DNA from: a virus
Lineage: Duplodnaviria > Caudoviricetes
DNA: 64,000 nt
Direction: 5' to 3' (one strand)
Virus record (IMG/VR): IMGVR_UViG_3300033066_000364
Span: 7,975 to 71,974 of that record
Under the pieces are notes generated by a model, which had not been told where the DNA came from, did no database searches, and saw nothing but the letters and a program-made list of their open reading frames with translations. This document shows positions 48,442 to 58,392 of this stretch, piece after piece. The translations under genes were made by a program, and so were the position numbers. How positions within the stretch are numbered: position 1 is the stretch's first letter; every line of letters starts with the position of its first letter.

Positions 48442-48970
48442 GTATTGGCCTAGATATGGCGTCCGCGAAATCTATTTTGCATATGCGGACTCTTTGATAT
48501 ATTGTGCTGTACGGCAATCCAAGGAAACTGCACCACTCTTTGAGTGACATTATTTTTCCTTCGTGGTCTATCATTACATTCCTTTGTTTGTTACTGTATG
48601 CTCCTAGCCGCCGATTGTCCTCGTAGTTTTCGCTTGGAGTGCCCCATGATAAATTGCCAACAGAGCAGTCTGTTTTTATTCCGTTAAGATGGCGGCATTC
48701 CATTCCGCTTGGTTTTGGTCCTACGAAGGCGCACAGGACTAATTTGTGGACAAAAAAGGTAGATTGCTTTCTTTCTGGCGTAGCAAGGTTAACCCTTGGA
48801 TATCCTTTGGCGCTGGGAGGTGTTTTTAATTTCTTCCACTTGTCAGTAATGAATTTTCCGAGGCAGCAGGATTTCCATTGGCTCCATATAGTTCCGTCGC
48901 TTCCGACGCGATAGCCAGGATAATTCTCGATGCTTCGATACTCGACTTGATGTGAATCCATGATTACCAA
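48419..48970 (-). CDS. NUMOD4-HNH homing endonuclease
   Basis: YRSIENYPGYRVGSDG...VHKLVLCAFVG...CRHLNGIKTDC...NLSWGT. Confidence 0.9.
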   Translation of the reverse strand: MVIMDSHQVEYRSIENYPGYRVGSDGTIWSQWKSCCLGKFITDKWKKLKTPPSAKGYPRVNLATPERKQSTFFVHKLVLCAFVGPKPSGMECRHLNGIKTDCSVGNLSWGTPSENYEDNRRLGAYSNKQRNVMIDHEGKIMSLKEWCSFLGLPYSTIYQRVRICKIDFADAISRPILSSTKRR

Positions 48971-49060
48971 TCTCGCAAATGGTAGTTGTGGTAGAGTTGT
49001 TTGGGTTTACAAGAACCCAAGCAACTCGGTATATTGTATTCAAGAAAGGATTAGTTGAAT

Positions 49061-50032
49061 ATGCAAATTCTGCTTCTTGCGATTTTGATTTGTCAGCCTC
49101 CCCAAGTTCCACGAGTTGAGCAAGCTCCACCGATAGAGGAACTGCTACCTCTCCCACAAGCCCACCCACCAATGCCTGTGGTGGAAAAGATTCGTCCCGT
49201 CCAGTATCCATACGTCCTATTCGTCGGTCAGTCTCCTGTAAAAGTCGGAAACTACCAATCCATTCGCGACGACAAGGCGTATGATCGAAGTGGCGTGTAC
49301 TTCGTCATGTCGGATCGTTCGTATCGAATCATTGCGGACGACGTATTGGGTGAGTGTCGCAGATTGGAGAGTGGCCCTGTGGCACGCCCTTTTTTCGGCA
49401 AATCCCTGTCCAGTCTCGGCAAAACTGCTGACGCTAGTGGTGTATATCTCGCCGTGAGCGAGCAAGAGGCGTTGAAGTCAGTTTGGCCGAAAAGCGTACC
49501 CGTTCCACAAGGCTTGTCGTTCTATGTCCCGACTCGGCTGGTACAGCGTAGTGCGGTGACGGATACGCCCCAGGAGGGACGCTACAACGAATTGACGGTC
49601 GGATGGCTTGGTCGCCAATCACAGTCGCCGTATGACGTTCCTGGTGGGCTAGAGGGCATATCTAGGGGCGAGTGGTCTGCTTTCCCTGCGACGATCAAGG
49701 GTAAAGAGGTCAAGTACTTCAACAAGATCGATCCTTTCAGCGGTGCGTTTGGTGGTAGGTTGCGAAGGATTGATCGGTCGTTTGAGGGTGGGTCGGTGTT
49801 TTATGACTTGCTCGTGAACGCGAGAGGAAAGCCTTTTGAGTTGCGGGCCATGTCTTTCGATGGTGATGTGCCAGAGCCGATGGTGTTGTTCGCGGACCAC
49901 TCGGAGGCTCCCGTTGGGTATAATCGGGTTCGCTCGAAAGATTGCTTGTCTTGCCATCAAGATGCTGGTAGTGTTCGGTATGCCAGTGGAAATGTTGTCG
50001 GTGGCGGGTATAACTTCTCTTTTCCATACTGA
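49061..50032 (+). CDS. exported protein with a C-terminal CxxCH motif
   Basis: Signal-like MQILLLAILIC; KDCLSCHQD near the C-terminus. Confidence 0.65.
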   Translation: MQILLLAILICQPPQVPRVEQAPPIEELLPLPQAHPPMPVVEKIRPVQYPYVLFVGQSPVKVGNYQSIRDDKAYDRSGVYFVMSDRSYRIIADDVLGECRRLESGPVARPFFGKSLSSLGKTADASGVYLAVSEQEALKSVWPKSVPVPQGLSFYVPTRLVQRSAVTDTPQEGRYNELTVGWLGRQSQSPYDVPGGLEGISRGEWSAFPATIKGKEVKYFNKIDPFSGAFGGRLRRIDRSFEGGSVFYDLLVNARGKPFELRAMSFDGDVPEPMVLFADHSEAPVGYNRVRSKDCLSCHQDAGSVRYASGNVVGGGYNFSFPY

Positions 50033-50101
50033 TTTGTGTAAAAAATGGTGTCTTTGCGATGAATGCACAAAGACACCTGTCACAACCAAACTTTCAGGAG
50101 A

Positions 50102-50668
50102 ATGGCTATGCGTGGTAATGATACTAGCGATGAAATTCTTTACAAGGATATTCCTGGATATCCAGGATACAAGGCCGGAACGGATGGGTCAATTTGGACG
50201 GCATGGAAAAGGTCATGGGGCAATGGTCGAATTGGGTGTTTTTTCGAGATGACTGACTGTTGGAAGAAAATGACCATAAACCATAATGGAAAATATCCAA
50301 CAATAAAGTTATGTAAAAACGGGAAAGTTTATAATTTTTCAGTTCACAGGTTGATTCTTTTTTCATTTGTTGGCAATCCTCCAGAAAACCATGTCGCATG
50401 TCACAACAATGGCGTAAAAAACGATTGCCGCTTGGAAAACCTTAGATGGGATAGCCGAAAGGGAAATGAAGCTGACAAAGTGGTCCACGGAACTAAGCAG
50501 TGCGGTGCTAAACACTACGAATCCAAAATAACGGAGCAAGACGTTAGGGATATTAGGAAAAAGCGATCAGAAGGAATTACGTTGAAGTCTATAGCAAAAG
50601 AATATGGAATTCATTTGTCGGCAGTCCATCTTATTGCTAAAAGAAAAACGTGGGCCAGTGTCGATTAG
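50102..50668 (+). CDS. NUMOD4-HNH homing endonuclease
   Basis: YKDIPGYPGYKAGTDG...VHRLILFSFVG...ACHNNGVKNDCRLENLRW. Confidence 0.9.
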   Translation: MAMRGNDTSDEILYKDIPGYPGYKAGTDGSIWTAWKRSWGNGRIGCFFEMTDCWKKMTINHNGKYPTIKLCKNGKVYNFSVHRLILFSFVGNPPENHVACHNNGVKNDCRLENLRWDSRKGNEADKVVHGTKQCGAKHYESKITEQDVRDIRKKRSEGITLKSIAKEYGIHLSAVHLIAKRKTWASVD

Positions 50669-50927
50669 TGATCCATTCCGTGACTTCCCTGGTCATGGAG
50701 AGGAACGTCAGGTGGTGTTGCGTTGATAGATCAATATTGGGATGATTGGAGTTGGACAGAAATGTTAAACGAAGAAAAACCATCACAAAAAGCCATTGAG
50801 GTCGCGGCGCGAGTCTGGTGCGACCAGGAAATGGGCAGCGTTGTTATGGATACGAACGCCGCAACGGAAATTGCAAGAGTCGTGGATAAGGTGCTTTTGG
50901 GCCAAAATGTTCCTCAAGGAGAATGAC

Positions 50928-51179
50928 ATGAAAAAGGGATTGCTTGTTTTGCTGTTCTGCATGGCTCTGATGTTGGTCGTGTTTGTCAGTTACTCGGAAG
51001 CGTGTGGCGGCGGTGCGGCTCGTCGTGCAAATCGTGGCGGGCTGTTCCGTGGCCGATTCCAGGCTCGTGAGAGCGTTGCCACGACGTATCGCATGTCTGC
51101 CCCACGTATGTCGTTCCGAGTCCAAAGCGGCGCGTGTGCCAATGGGCAATGCGAAGTACCGATGAGTCAGAAGAAGTAA
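50928..51179 (+). CDS. small secreted Arg/Gly-rich peptide ending GACANGQC
   Basis: AAGGAG RBS; classic signal peptide. Confidence 0.65.
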   Translation: MKKGLLVLLFCMALMLVVFVSYSEACGGGAARRANRGGLFRGRFQARESVATTYRMSAPRMSFRVQSGACANGQCEVPMSQKK

Positions 51180-51421
51180 AAGTGCAACGCCGCAGTAGCG
51201 ACAATATTGCACAGAGATGTTCTGCTTGGTGAAGGCAGACAGTTAGCGGCCATACCAACGAGGATTGTTGGTGAACCTACTACGGCACGTCGCCGTCAAA
51301 TGGCCGCTTAATACACAAAGAAAGGGAAAAGGTGATCCCTATCTACCCTGTAATGGGGTTCTCGTATATCAGGCTTGATTCCTAGGACCGTCTGAAAGTT
51401 ACGGGCCATAATTAGCCGGGT

Positions 51422-51456
51422 AGCGCCAGTGAGCATTCAACTCACTGGCGTTTTTG
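51422..51456 (+). terminator. intrinsic terminator ending the late region
   Basis: AGCGCCAGTGAG / CTCACTGGCGT stem plus T-tract. Confidence 0.85.
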
Positions 51457-51508
51457 TTTGACTTGGGTGCGTTCTTGGTATATCCTAGCATCAGAAAGGA
51501 AGGAATAA

Positions 51509-51751
51509 ATGGAAAAGAAACGTAGATCGGCTGGCTCCAGTCGCATGAAAGAACTCGGATACCGTGGGGTGATGTTGTACATCACGGAAGAGGAATATCT
51601 TTCTGCGTGCGAACTCTCTGGTGACAAACCAGTTGCGACATGGGCTGCGGAAAAGTTGAAGAAAATAATCAAAAAGCACTTGACTGTTCCAAGAACAAAA
51701 GGTATAGTTGATTGTGTCAAGCCAATCAATCAAAACGAAAGGGAAACATGA
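51509..51751 (+). CDS. RHH-like DNA-binding protein
   Basis: RGVMLYITEEEY...ACELSGDKPVATWAAEKL. Confidence 0.5.
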   Translation: MEKKRRSAGSSRMKELGYRGVMLYITEEEYLSACELSGDKPVATWAAEKLKKIIKKHLTVPRTKGIVDCVKPINQNERET

Positions 51752-52100
51752 GCAAGCCATCCAAAGAGCAGTTGGAATCCATGATGCGTCGTCACGAGTC
51801 GTTTGTGGCACTCGTTGCTGGCAAGACGCATTACGAACTGAAACGTCATGGCAAGGTGGTGCAAGTGCCAATTGCTACGACACGGAAGAATGAGAGGCCG
51901 CGATGACCCAGCGAAAGCATGATTCCGAGGCATTGCGCAAGGAAGTCCAGTCTTTGCGTGACGCGAAAAAGGAAATGACAAAAGCACTGGAAACCGCTCT
52001 TTCTACTCCAGTAGTTCCCTGGAATGAGGAGCAAGCGTTGGAGTCGATCAATTGCCGCTACTATGCACGCGGCATCCTTGAGAAATATAAGGGGTAAACT

Positions 52101-52607
52101 ATGAGCAGTGAAGTTGTTAAGTTGGGGAAACTTGCTCTTGGGCAAGAAGGAAGAGATGCCGTACACGTCGCCGTCATACCCATGAAGGCTGATCGGCCAT
52201 TGAATCCTGGCACTCACTTGAATGCCAATGGCGGTATCGGTGGCAAGTTGGTTGGCATCGTGGACCCTTTCCTTGGGTCGCGTGTGAATGCTGGTGAATG
52301 GTTCTATCTGTGCCTTTACCCGAACACCGTTACGTCTTTGCGACACGAATGGACGCATCCAGAGTTCCCTGGCACTACTCCGGCCATTAGCGAATCAGAG
52401 AAGTGGCTTAGGAATTTCTGCCGAGAAAATAGCGCCGACTACGAAGAGCTGGTCAAAGACGCCTCTAGTGGCCACGGATACTGCTTTGGCGATGATTGCG
52501 GTCCAGGTAACGTTGGCGACGAATTCTGGGATCACTTGGAAGTTGTGACTGGAATGAAGTTTAGCCGTAATCACAGGGAAGATATTTATTTCCGGTGTGC
52601 TTGCTAG
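52101..52607 (+). CDS. conserved phage hypothetical protein
   Basis: RDAVHVAV...GIVDPFL...LYPNTVTSLRHEWTHP motif. Confidence 0.7.
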   Translation: MSSEVVKLGKLALGQEGRDAVHVAVIPMKADRPLNPGTHLNANGGIGGKLVGIVDPFLGSRVNAGEWFYLCLYPNTVTSLRHEWTHPEFPGTTPAISESEKWLRNFCRENSADYEELVKDASSGHGYCFGDDCGPGNVGDEFWDHLEVVTGMKFSRNHREDIYFRCAC

Positions 52608-52889
52608 GGAGTGAACCATGAGCGACATTTCCGATTACAGTGAAGCCAATGATCGGCCAGCAACGCCAGAGCCAAAGGCCGAGCATTTAACCATGACTCC
52701 TGAGCGTGAGGATTCCCTTCTGTACTTCGGATTTGTCCGCAACAAGATGGCTGTGCCGATTCACAAGGGATACAAGTATCGCAACTACCTGATTCAGCCA
52801 GGAGAAGGGTGGATCAGGAATGGCGAGGTTTTTACAAACGTGGCGGCGTTGGCGTGGTTACACGATTATCGAAAGAAAGAAGGTGAAGA

Positions 52890-53726
52890 ATGAGTTCAGA
52901 GATTGCTACTATTGGTCCAGAACAAGTTGACCTTATCAAAAGGACTATTTGCAAGGGTGCAAGCGACGACGAATTGCGTCTTTTTATGAACCAGTGCAAC
53001 CGAACTAGGCTTGACCCGTTTTCTCGACAAATATACGCTATCAAGCGATGGGACTCTCGCGAGAAACGAGAAGTGATGCAGACGCAGATAAGCATCGACG
53101 GAAGCCGACTTATTGCCGAGCGATCTGGCAAGTATGCAGGGCAAGTCGGTCCTTGGTGGTGTGGTCCCGATGGCGAGTGGAAGGAAGTGTGGATTAGCAA
53201 CGATCCACCTGTAGCGGCCAAGGTCGGCGTTATTCGCTCCGACTTCAAAGAGCCATTGTATGCAGTAGCTCGCTACTCTGGTTACGTCCAGACTAACCGT
53301 GAAGGCAATCCGAATGCGATGTGGGCAAAACTCGCAGACGTGATGCTTAGTAAGTGCGCCGAGTCACTTGCTCTACGCAAGGCATTCCCGAATGAGTTAA
53401 GTGGCCTTTACACGGAAGAAGAACTTGGTACAGAGCATCCTGTGGCAGTCAAACAAGATCACCATGTGGAGTTGCCAGCCGCAAAGCCTTCTAACATCGA
53501 ACTCGATACAATCGTTGGTGCGTGGAAGGTGCTTCTGACGGTGGAGAAAATTCCCAACGTCGTCGAGTTGAACAAACAACTGGCGGCGGTCAAGGCAATC
53601 GAGATCGAGGAAGCACGCAAAGTCGTATGGGGCATGGTAAAGAACTTCGCGGCGCAAGTCGATTGTGTGTGGGACGAGACAGCGAAACAGTTCGTGGTGA
53701 AACCTGTGAAGATGATTAAGGAATAA
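52890..53726 (+). CDS. bet: Bet/RecT-family single-strand annealing protein
   Basis: [23 protein letters not shown]...[15 protein letters not shown]...[25 protein letters not shown]. Confidence 0.92.
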   Translation: MSSEIATIGPEQVDLIKRTICKGASDDELRLFMNQCNRTRLDPFSRQIYAIKRWDSREKREVMQTQISIDGSRLIAERSGKYAGQVGPWWCGPDGEWKEVWISNDPPVAAKVGVIRSDFKEPLYAVARYSGYVQTNREGNPNAMWAKLADVMLSKCAESLALRKAFPNELSGLYTEEELGTEHPVAVKQDHHVELPAAKPSNIELDTIVGAWKVLLTVEKIPNVVELNKQLAAVKAIEIEEARKVVWGMVKNFAAQVDCVWDETAKQFVVKPVKMIKE

Positions 53727-53877
53727 CAGAAATGAGCATTGCTGGTTGTGTTCAAAACGTTTCGGTTCTAGTTGCGGCACTTGTGGCGTGTTGGTTATTC
53801 GATAACTACTGGATGCTATTGCTGATTGCGTTGTGGCTAATACCTAAAGAGAAAGAATAACAGAAAGGTGGATTTGT

Positions 53878-54159
53878 ATGAGCATGAGTACGAGTATTGT
53901 TGGTTTTGTTCCTCCCGATAACAAGTTCAAGGCAATGAAGGCTGTTTGGGATGCGTGTCGTAAGGCTAAAGTTGAAATTCCAGAAGAAGTTTCCGACTTC
54001 TTTCAGGACGAAACTCCTGATGATGCTGGCGTTTCCATCGACCTTGAGGACCATGAGTGCGTAAAAGAAATTTCGGAGGAATCAGTCAACGGGTTCGAGG
54101 TCGATATTTCGATGTTGCCCAAGGACGTGAAGATCATTCGGTTCTCCAACTGTTACTAG
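53878..54159 (+). CDS. acidic hypothetical protein
   Basis: GAAAGGT RBS. Confidence 0.65.
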   Translation: MSMSTSIVGFVPPDNKFKAMKAVWDACRKAKVEIPEEVSDFFQDETPDDAGVSIDLEDHECVKEISEESVNGFEVDISMLPKDVKIIRFSNCY

Positions 54160-54534
54160 AAAGGTGGATCATGTACGTCGATTTGTTCTGGGTAGGATTG
54201 GTTGCTCTTGCATTGCAAAGTTCGGTTATTTGCGTCGCTACATTCCTTGTTGCTTTTGATCCTGGTCTTGGTGGAGCAAAAGTAGCAGCGAAAGCAGCTT
54301 TGTGTTGTATTGTTTCACTAGCAACTCTTGGTCTAGGAGTCGCGCTGTGTGTTAATAACAGAGTACCTGTCGAGGTCGAGTGTTGTAAAAAGTAGAGGAG
54401 TTCTGCGCATGGAAGCAATTATCGTTTACTTGGCGATTTCTCTTGGCTCCTACTCGGCTTGGGTTACGCTAGATGAGTGGAGACGGCAGAGGTCGCCGCC
54501 GTGATTATCCTGCGATCAAGGGCAGGTCTGGGGG

Positions 54535-54571
54535 AGGCCGGTATGTCAGAAATGGCGTACCGGCTTTTTTT
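54535..54571 (+). terminator. intrinsic terminator
   Basis: GCCGGTA / TACCGGC stem plus T8. Confidence 0.75.
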
Positions 54572-54773
54572 ATTGGCGCAACCCATGACAGGATAAAGAA
54601 CTACTGATTTTGTACGGGAAACCAACACAAAATTTCTGGACAAAGCAATACGGATGGGGTATATCTTCTCAACCTACCAGCAATTCACGTTGATAGTCCC
54701 TGCCGTTCACGCATCTGACTCCTGGTAGGGTTGATTTCGCTGGACGGTGGGGCTTTGTTTTCCAAGGATCGAT

Positions 54774-55727
54774 ATGAAAACAGTCGCAATCCCGACTCCC
54801 GCCGATTGGGAGAAACTACCGCATCACCCCTTGGCCAATCTCATCGACTTTGGGGCAGGAATCAGCGTAGCAGGGCTTGCAGACCATATCAAACGCAATG
54901 GCTTCGACGATCAGGAGCCAATCGTCCTGCTTGATGATCTTATCCTCGATGGTCGTCATCGTCATTCTGCGTGCGTCCTAGCAGGCATTACCCCTTCCTT
55001 CCGAAAGTTCATCGGCAAATCACCCGAAGCTTATGTAGCAAAAAAAGCATTTCGCCAACATCTTGATACGTCCCAACGTGCCATGATTGCCGCTTGCATG
55101 ACAAGTGCAATATTGCACAACTCGGATCAGGTTGATGAGAGTGCAGTATTGCACACGGCGAAAGATGCTTCCAAGGTGATGAATGTATCGAAACGTGTAA
55201 CGGAAGAGGCAAAGAAGGTCATCAAAAATGGTTCGCAAGAGTTGCAGGATTCGGTGAAGAGTGGTGCTGTATCGGTTTCTGATGCTGCGAAGGTTGCGGA
55301 TAAGCCCGTAGAAGTGCAGAGGAAGGCTGTGGAGGCCGTGAAGAACGGCAACGCTAAGACGGTGGCGAAAGCGGCGGAAGAGGACGTAGGGGCCATTCTG
55401 GACGATGACAACAACATTGTGCCAGGTGGGTTAAGACGAATATTCGAGTACAGCGACAAGTATCTTTCGGCGGCGAACTCTCTCGCCAAACTCGCGAAGT
55501 TGATGCGTCAGATCGAGGAGAGTGAGCCATATCGCACGGTGGATGCCCTTAGTGAAGGCGAGAGAAGAGACTACTCTTCGCTAATGTCGAGAGCGAGGGA
55601 CAAGTTGTTGGCGTGGCGTCCTGCGGTAGCGTGTGAGTGTGATAAGGGGTGCAATGATTGCGGCAAGAAGGGGTTTCTAACAGCGGAAGAAGTAGAAGAA
55701 AGGGACGCAAATGCTGGCAACAAGTAG
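54774..55727 (+). CDS. ParB-like protein (ParB N-domain plus HTH)
   Basis: LADHIKRNGF..EPIVLLDDLILDGRHRHSA (GxxRxxA box); HTH TAKDASKVMNVSKRVTEEA. Confidence 0.8.
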   Translation: MKTVAIPTPADWEKLPHHPLANLIDFGAGISVAGLADHIKRNGFDDQEPIVLLDDLILDGRHRHSACVLAGITPSFRKFIGKSPEAYVAKKAFRQHLDTSQRAMIAACMTSAILHNSDQVDESAVLHTAKDASKVMNVSKRVTEEAKKVIKNGSQELQDSVKSGAVSVSDAAKVADKPVEVQRKAVEAVKNGNAKTVAKAAEEDVGAILDDDNNIVPGGLRRIFEYSDKYLSAANSLAKLAKLMRQIEESEPYRTVDALSEGERRDYSSLMSRARDKLLAWRPAVACECDKGCNDCGKKGFLTAEEVEERDANAGNK

Positions 55728-56850
55728 GAAACTGAAAATCTTCTCTGGTATCGAGTTAAGCGAAGATCAGAACATTGCGATTGACGGGATTTACGAATGG
55801 AGAGATAACTGGCCGCGAACGAAACAATACTTCACATTTGGCGGTCTGGCTGGCAGCGGAAAGAGTACGATTGTTTCCGAACTTCTAACGGTGTGGAGTA
55901 GCGTTGCTGTGGTTGCTCCGACAGGTAAAGCAGCAAATCGGCTAAGGCAATTGGGCGTCGATAGCGCCCAGACCGCACATAGTTTGATCTACTATCCCTA
56001 CGAGGACAAGATTACGAGCAAGGTGAAGTATCGCAAGGTGGAGAACTTGCCTGGGGTAAGGACGATCATTTGCGACGAAGCGAGCATGGTTAACGAATGG
56101 CTGATGAACGATCTTTTGTCTTTTGGGATACCTATTCTTTTCGTTGGCGATCATGGGCAATTAGAGCCGATTGGCAAGAACCCAAATCTGATGGTTGATC
56201 CTGACGTGAAACTCGAAAAGATTCATCGTCAGGCAGAGGGGAATCCAATCATTCGGCTGGCGGCAGCGTGGAGAGAGGGTAGAGAGCAACAGGTTACGAA
56301 TGCGGTTCGCGGCAAAGGGTATTGGCAGGATAAAGATGGGTTGTGCAGGGTGTCAAATCGGCGCGAGTTTGATTCATGTCTTGATTCGGGAATGCAGTTG
56401 ATTTGCGGATACAACAACACGCGACACAAGTACAACTCGACGATTCGCAAGACTAGGGGCTTTAGTGGCAAACTTCCCGAACCAGGGGAAAAGATCATCT
56501 GTTTGCAGAACAATAAGGAGTTCGGGATATTCAACGGTCAGCAAGCAATGTGTGTTGCGACGTACAAACCGCACAAGAAGACGGTGGAGATGGACATTGA
56601 GGTGGACGACGGCAGAATCATCACAGTTAATTGCCTCATCGATCAGTTTGGAGCAAACGTCGTGGAGGACCACAAGAACAAAGCTATTGCCCTGTTTGAC
56701 TTTGCGTATGTTCTTACGGCCCACAAATGTCAAGGCAGTCAGTACGATTCCGTTGCTGTTTTGGAAGAAATAGCTCCAGCGTGGAATGCCGCACGGTGGC
56801 GATACACTTGTACGACGCGAGCAAGCAAGAACCTTGTTTATTGCATGTAG
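55711..56850 (+). CDS. SF1 Dda/RecD-like helicase
   Basis: GLAGSGKS, APTGKAA, ICDEASM, VGDHGQLEP, IHRQ, AYVLTAHKCQGSQY, YTCTTRA. Confidence 0.92.
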   Translation: MLATSRKLKIFSGIELSEDQNIAIDGIYEWRDNWPRTKQYFTFGGLAGSGKSTIVSELLTVWSSVAVVAPTGKAANRLRQLGVDSAQTAHSLIYYPYEDKITSKVKYRKVENLPGVRTIICDEASMVNEWLMNDLLSFGIPILFVGDHGQLEPIGKNPNLMVDPDVKLEKIHRQAEGNPIIRLAAAWREGREQQVTNAVRGKGYWQDKDGLCRVSNRREFDSCLDSGMQLICGYNNTRHKYNSTIRKTRGFSGKLPEPGEKIICLQNNKEFGIFNGQQAMCVATYKPHKKTVEMDIEVDDGRIITVNCLIDQFGANVVEDHKNKAIALFDFAYVLTAHKCQGSQYDSVAVLEEIAPAWNAARWRYTCTTRASKNLVYCM

Positions 56851-56859
56851 GAGCCAAGA

Positions 56860-57750
56860 ATGGAACGCTCATCTTGGGTACGAGTGAATAATCGGTGTGA
56901 ATGTTCCGTTTGCCACTCAAAATCCTGGTGTGTCAGAAGTACGGATGGGCAAGTGGCTTACTGCATGAGGGTAGAGTCGGATAAGCCAATCCCTGCGGGT
57001 GGCTGGATACATCGATTATCCGATCCTCTTCCAGTTGCGCCAGAGCGAAAGCCAGCGAAGAAGATTGCCAACGTGGACGAACTGGCTGGCAAGATGTTCA
57101 ATCGACCTTCGGCGGCAGAGAAACGAGTAGAGTTGTCGAGGTCGCTTGGAGTGAGCCTGGAATCGCTCTATTCGCTTCGTGTGGGTGTTGGGTGGGACCA
57201 CGATGGGCAAGAGTATTCCTCGTGGCCTGCACGCGACCCTGGTGGCTCTGCGATAGGGATTACGCGACGATACGGGGATGGATCGAAACTCACACTGGCG
57301 GGAACCTCTAACAGTGGGGTTTTCCTTCCCGATGCGTGGCCAGATCGACTCGGAAGGATCGTGGTGGTCGAGGGTGGGTCGGATACAGCGGCACTTCATT
57401 CTTGTGGTATCAACGCGATAGGACGACCGAGTAACGTGGGTGGGGCGAAGATCATTCGAGCGATACTGGAAAGGTACGGCAGGAACAGAAGAGTGATGGT
57501 GGTTGGGGAGAACGACGAGAAGCCACACAAGAGGGGGCAAAACAGTTGGTGTCCGAATGAATGTAAAGGGTGTGCGTGGTGTTTTCCAGGGCTGTATGGG
57601 GCAAGAAAGGTAGCGAGCGAGTTGGGATGTCCCTGGTATATGCTACCCAAGGAGTTCAAGGACGTAAGGGATTGGTATAAAAAGGAAAAGGTTGATTTCG
57701 TAAGTGCGTTTTGGCTGGAAATCTTTAACCAAGAAAGGGCTGTGGCATGA
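56860..57750 (+). CDS. primase-like protein (Zn-binding plus TOPRIM)
   Basis: CSVCHSKSWC...C; VVVEGGSDTAA...AIGRPS...VVGEND...KDVRDW. Confidence 0.8.
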   Translation: MERSSWVRVNNRCECSVCHSKSWCVRSTDGQVAYCMRVESDKPIPAGGWIHRLSDPLPVAPERKPAKKIANVDELAGKMFNRPSAAEKRVELSRSLGVSLESLYSLRVGVGWDHDGQEYSSWPARDPGGSAIGITRRYGDGSKLTLAGTSNSGVFLPDAWPDRLGRIVVVEGGSDTAALHSCGINAIGRPSNVGGAKIIRAILERYGRNRRVMVVGENDEKPHKRGQNSWCPNECKGCAWCFPGLYGARKVASELGCPWYMLPKEFKDVRDWYKKEKVDFVSAFWLEIFNQERAVA

Positions 57751-58169
57751 AGGTCGGCATTACGGGAACGCGAGAAGGGATGACGGAGAAGCAAAAGAAG
57801 TCATTCAGCGAACTTGTTAACGAGATACCAATTCCATTTGAGCTTCATCATGGCGATTGCGTAGGGGTCGATGATGAAGCGGCAACCATTGTGCATGAAG
57901 CTGGATCGGCGACAATCGTGGTGCATCCTCCTACCGATGACAAACTCCAAGCGGGAAACCCGTATGGGACATTTACGATGGAGGCGAAGTCGTATTTCGC
58001 ACGCAACCGAGACATCGTTGACGCCGTTGAGTTGTTGATTGTTGTACCGCTACAGAGCGAGCATCAGATACGTGGCGGCACATGGAAAACACACGACTAC
58101 GCTGTGAAAAAGAACAAGCGAATCATTACGATTTGGCCAGATGGAACCCTAACCGAAAGGAAACCATAA
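57747..58169 (+). CDS. SLOG-superfamily (YspA/Smf-like) protein
   Basis: VGITGTR...LHHGDCVGVD...RNRDIVD...GGTWKTHDYA. Confidence 0.75.
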   Translation: MKVGITGTREGMTEKQKKSFSELVNEIPIPFELHHGDCVGVDDEAATIVHEAGSATIVVHPPTDDKLQAGNPYGTFTMEAKSYFARNRDIVDAVELLIVVPLQSEHQIRGGTWKTHDYAVKKNKRIITIWPDGTLTERKP

Positions 58170-58392
58170 TGAAAGATTCATGCTTAAACAAGAAGCCAGT
58201 TAGTGTTTGGGAGTTTCACGCGGCAGCGATCAGGAAAGAGATTGGCCAAGCTAGATTGACTGCTTTGTTTCGCAGAGATGGGTCGTTCATGGCGTGGGTA
58301 ATACGCAACAAGGACAATGAGGCTATTTCCCGATGGTGCGGTGATGATGAGGAAGCGTGGCGTGATGCAGCGGAACGACTTGGGGTAATCTG

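Larger units (their letters stand above)
4682..55154. repeat. dispersed 14-bp perfect palindrome GTGCAATATTGCAC (operator/parS-like)
   Basis: Perfect copies at 4682, 8648, 10844, 16685, 16876, 20513, 37773 and 55105; one-mismatch copy at 55141; partial copy at 51200-51212. Confidence 0.9.
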
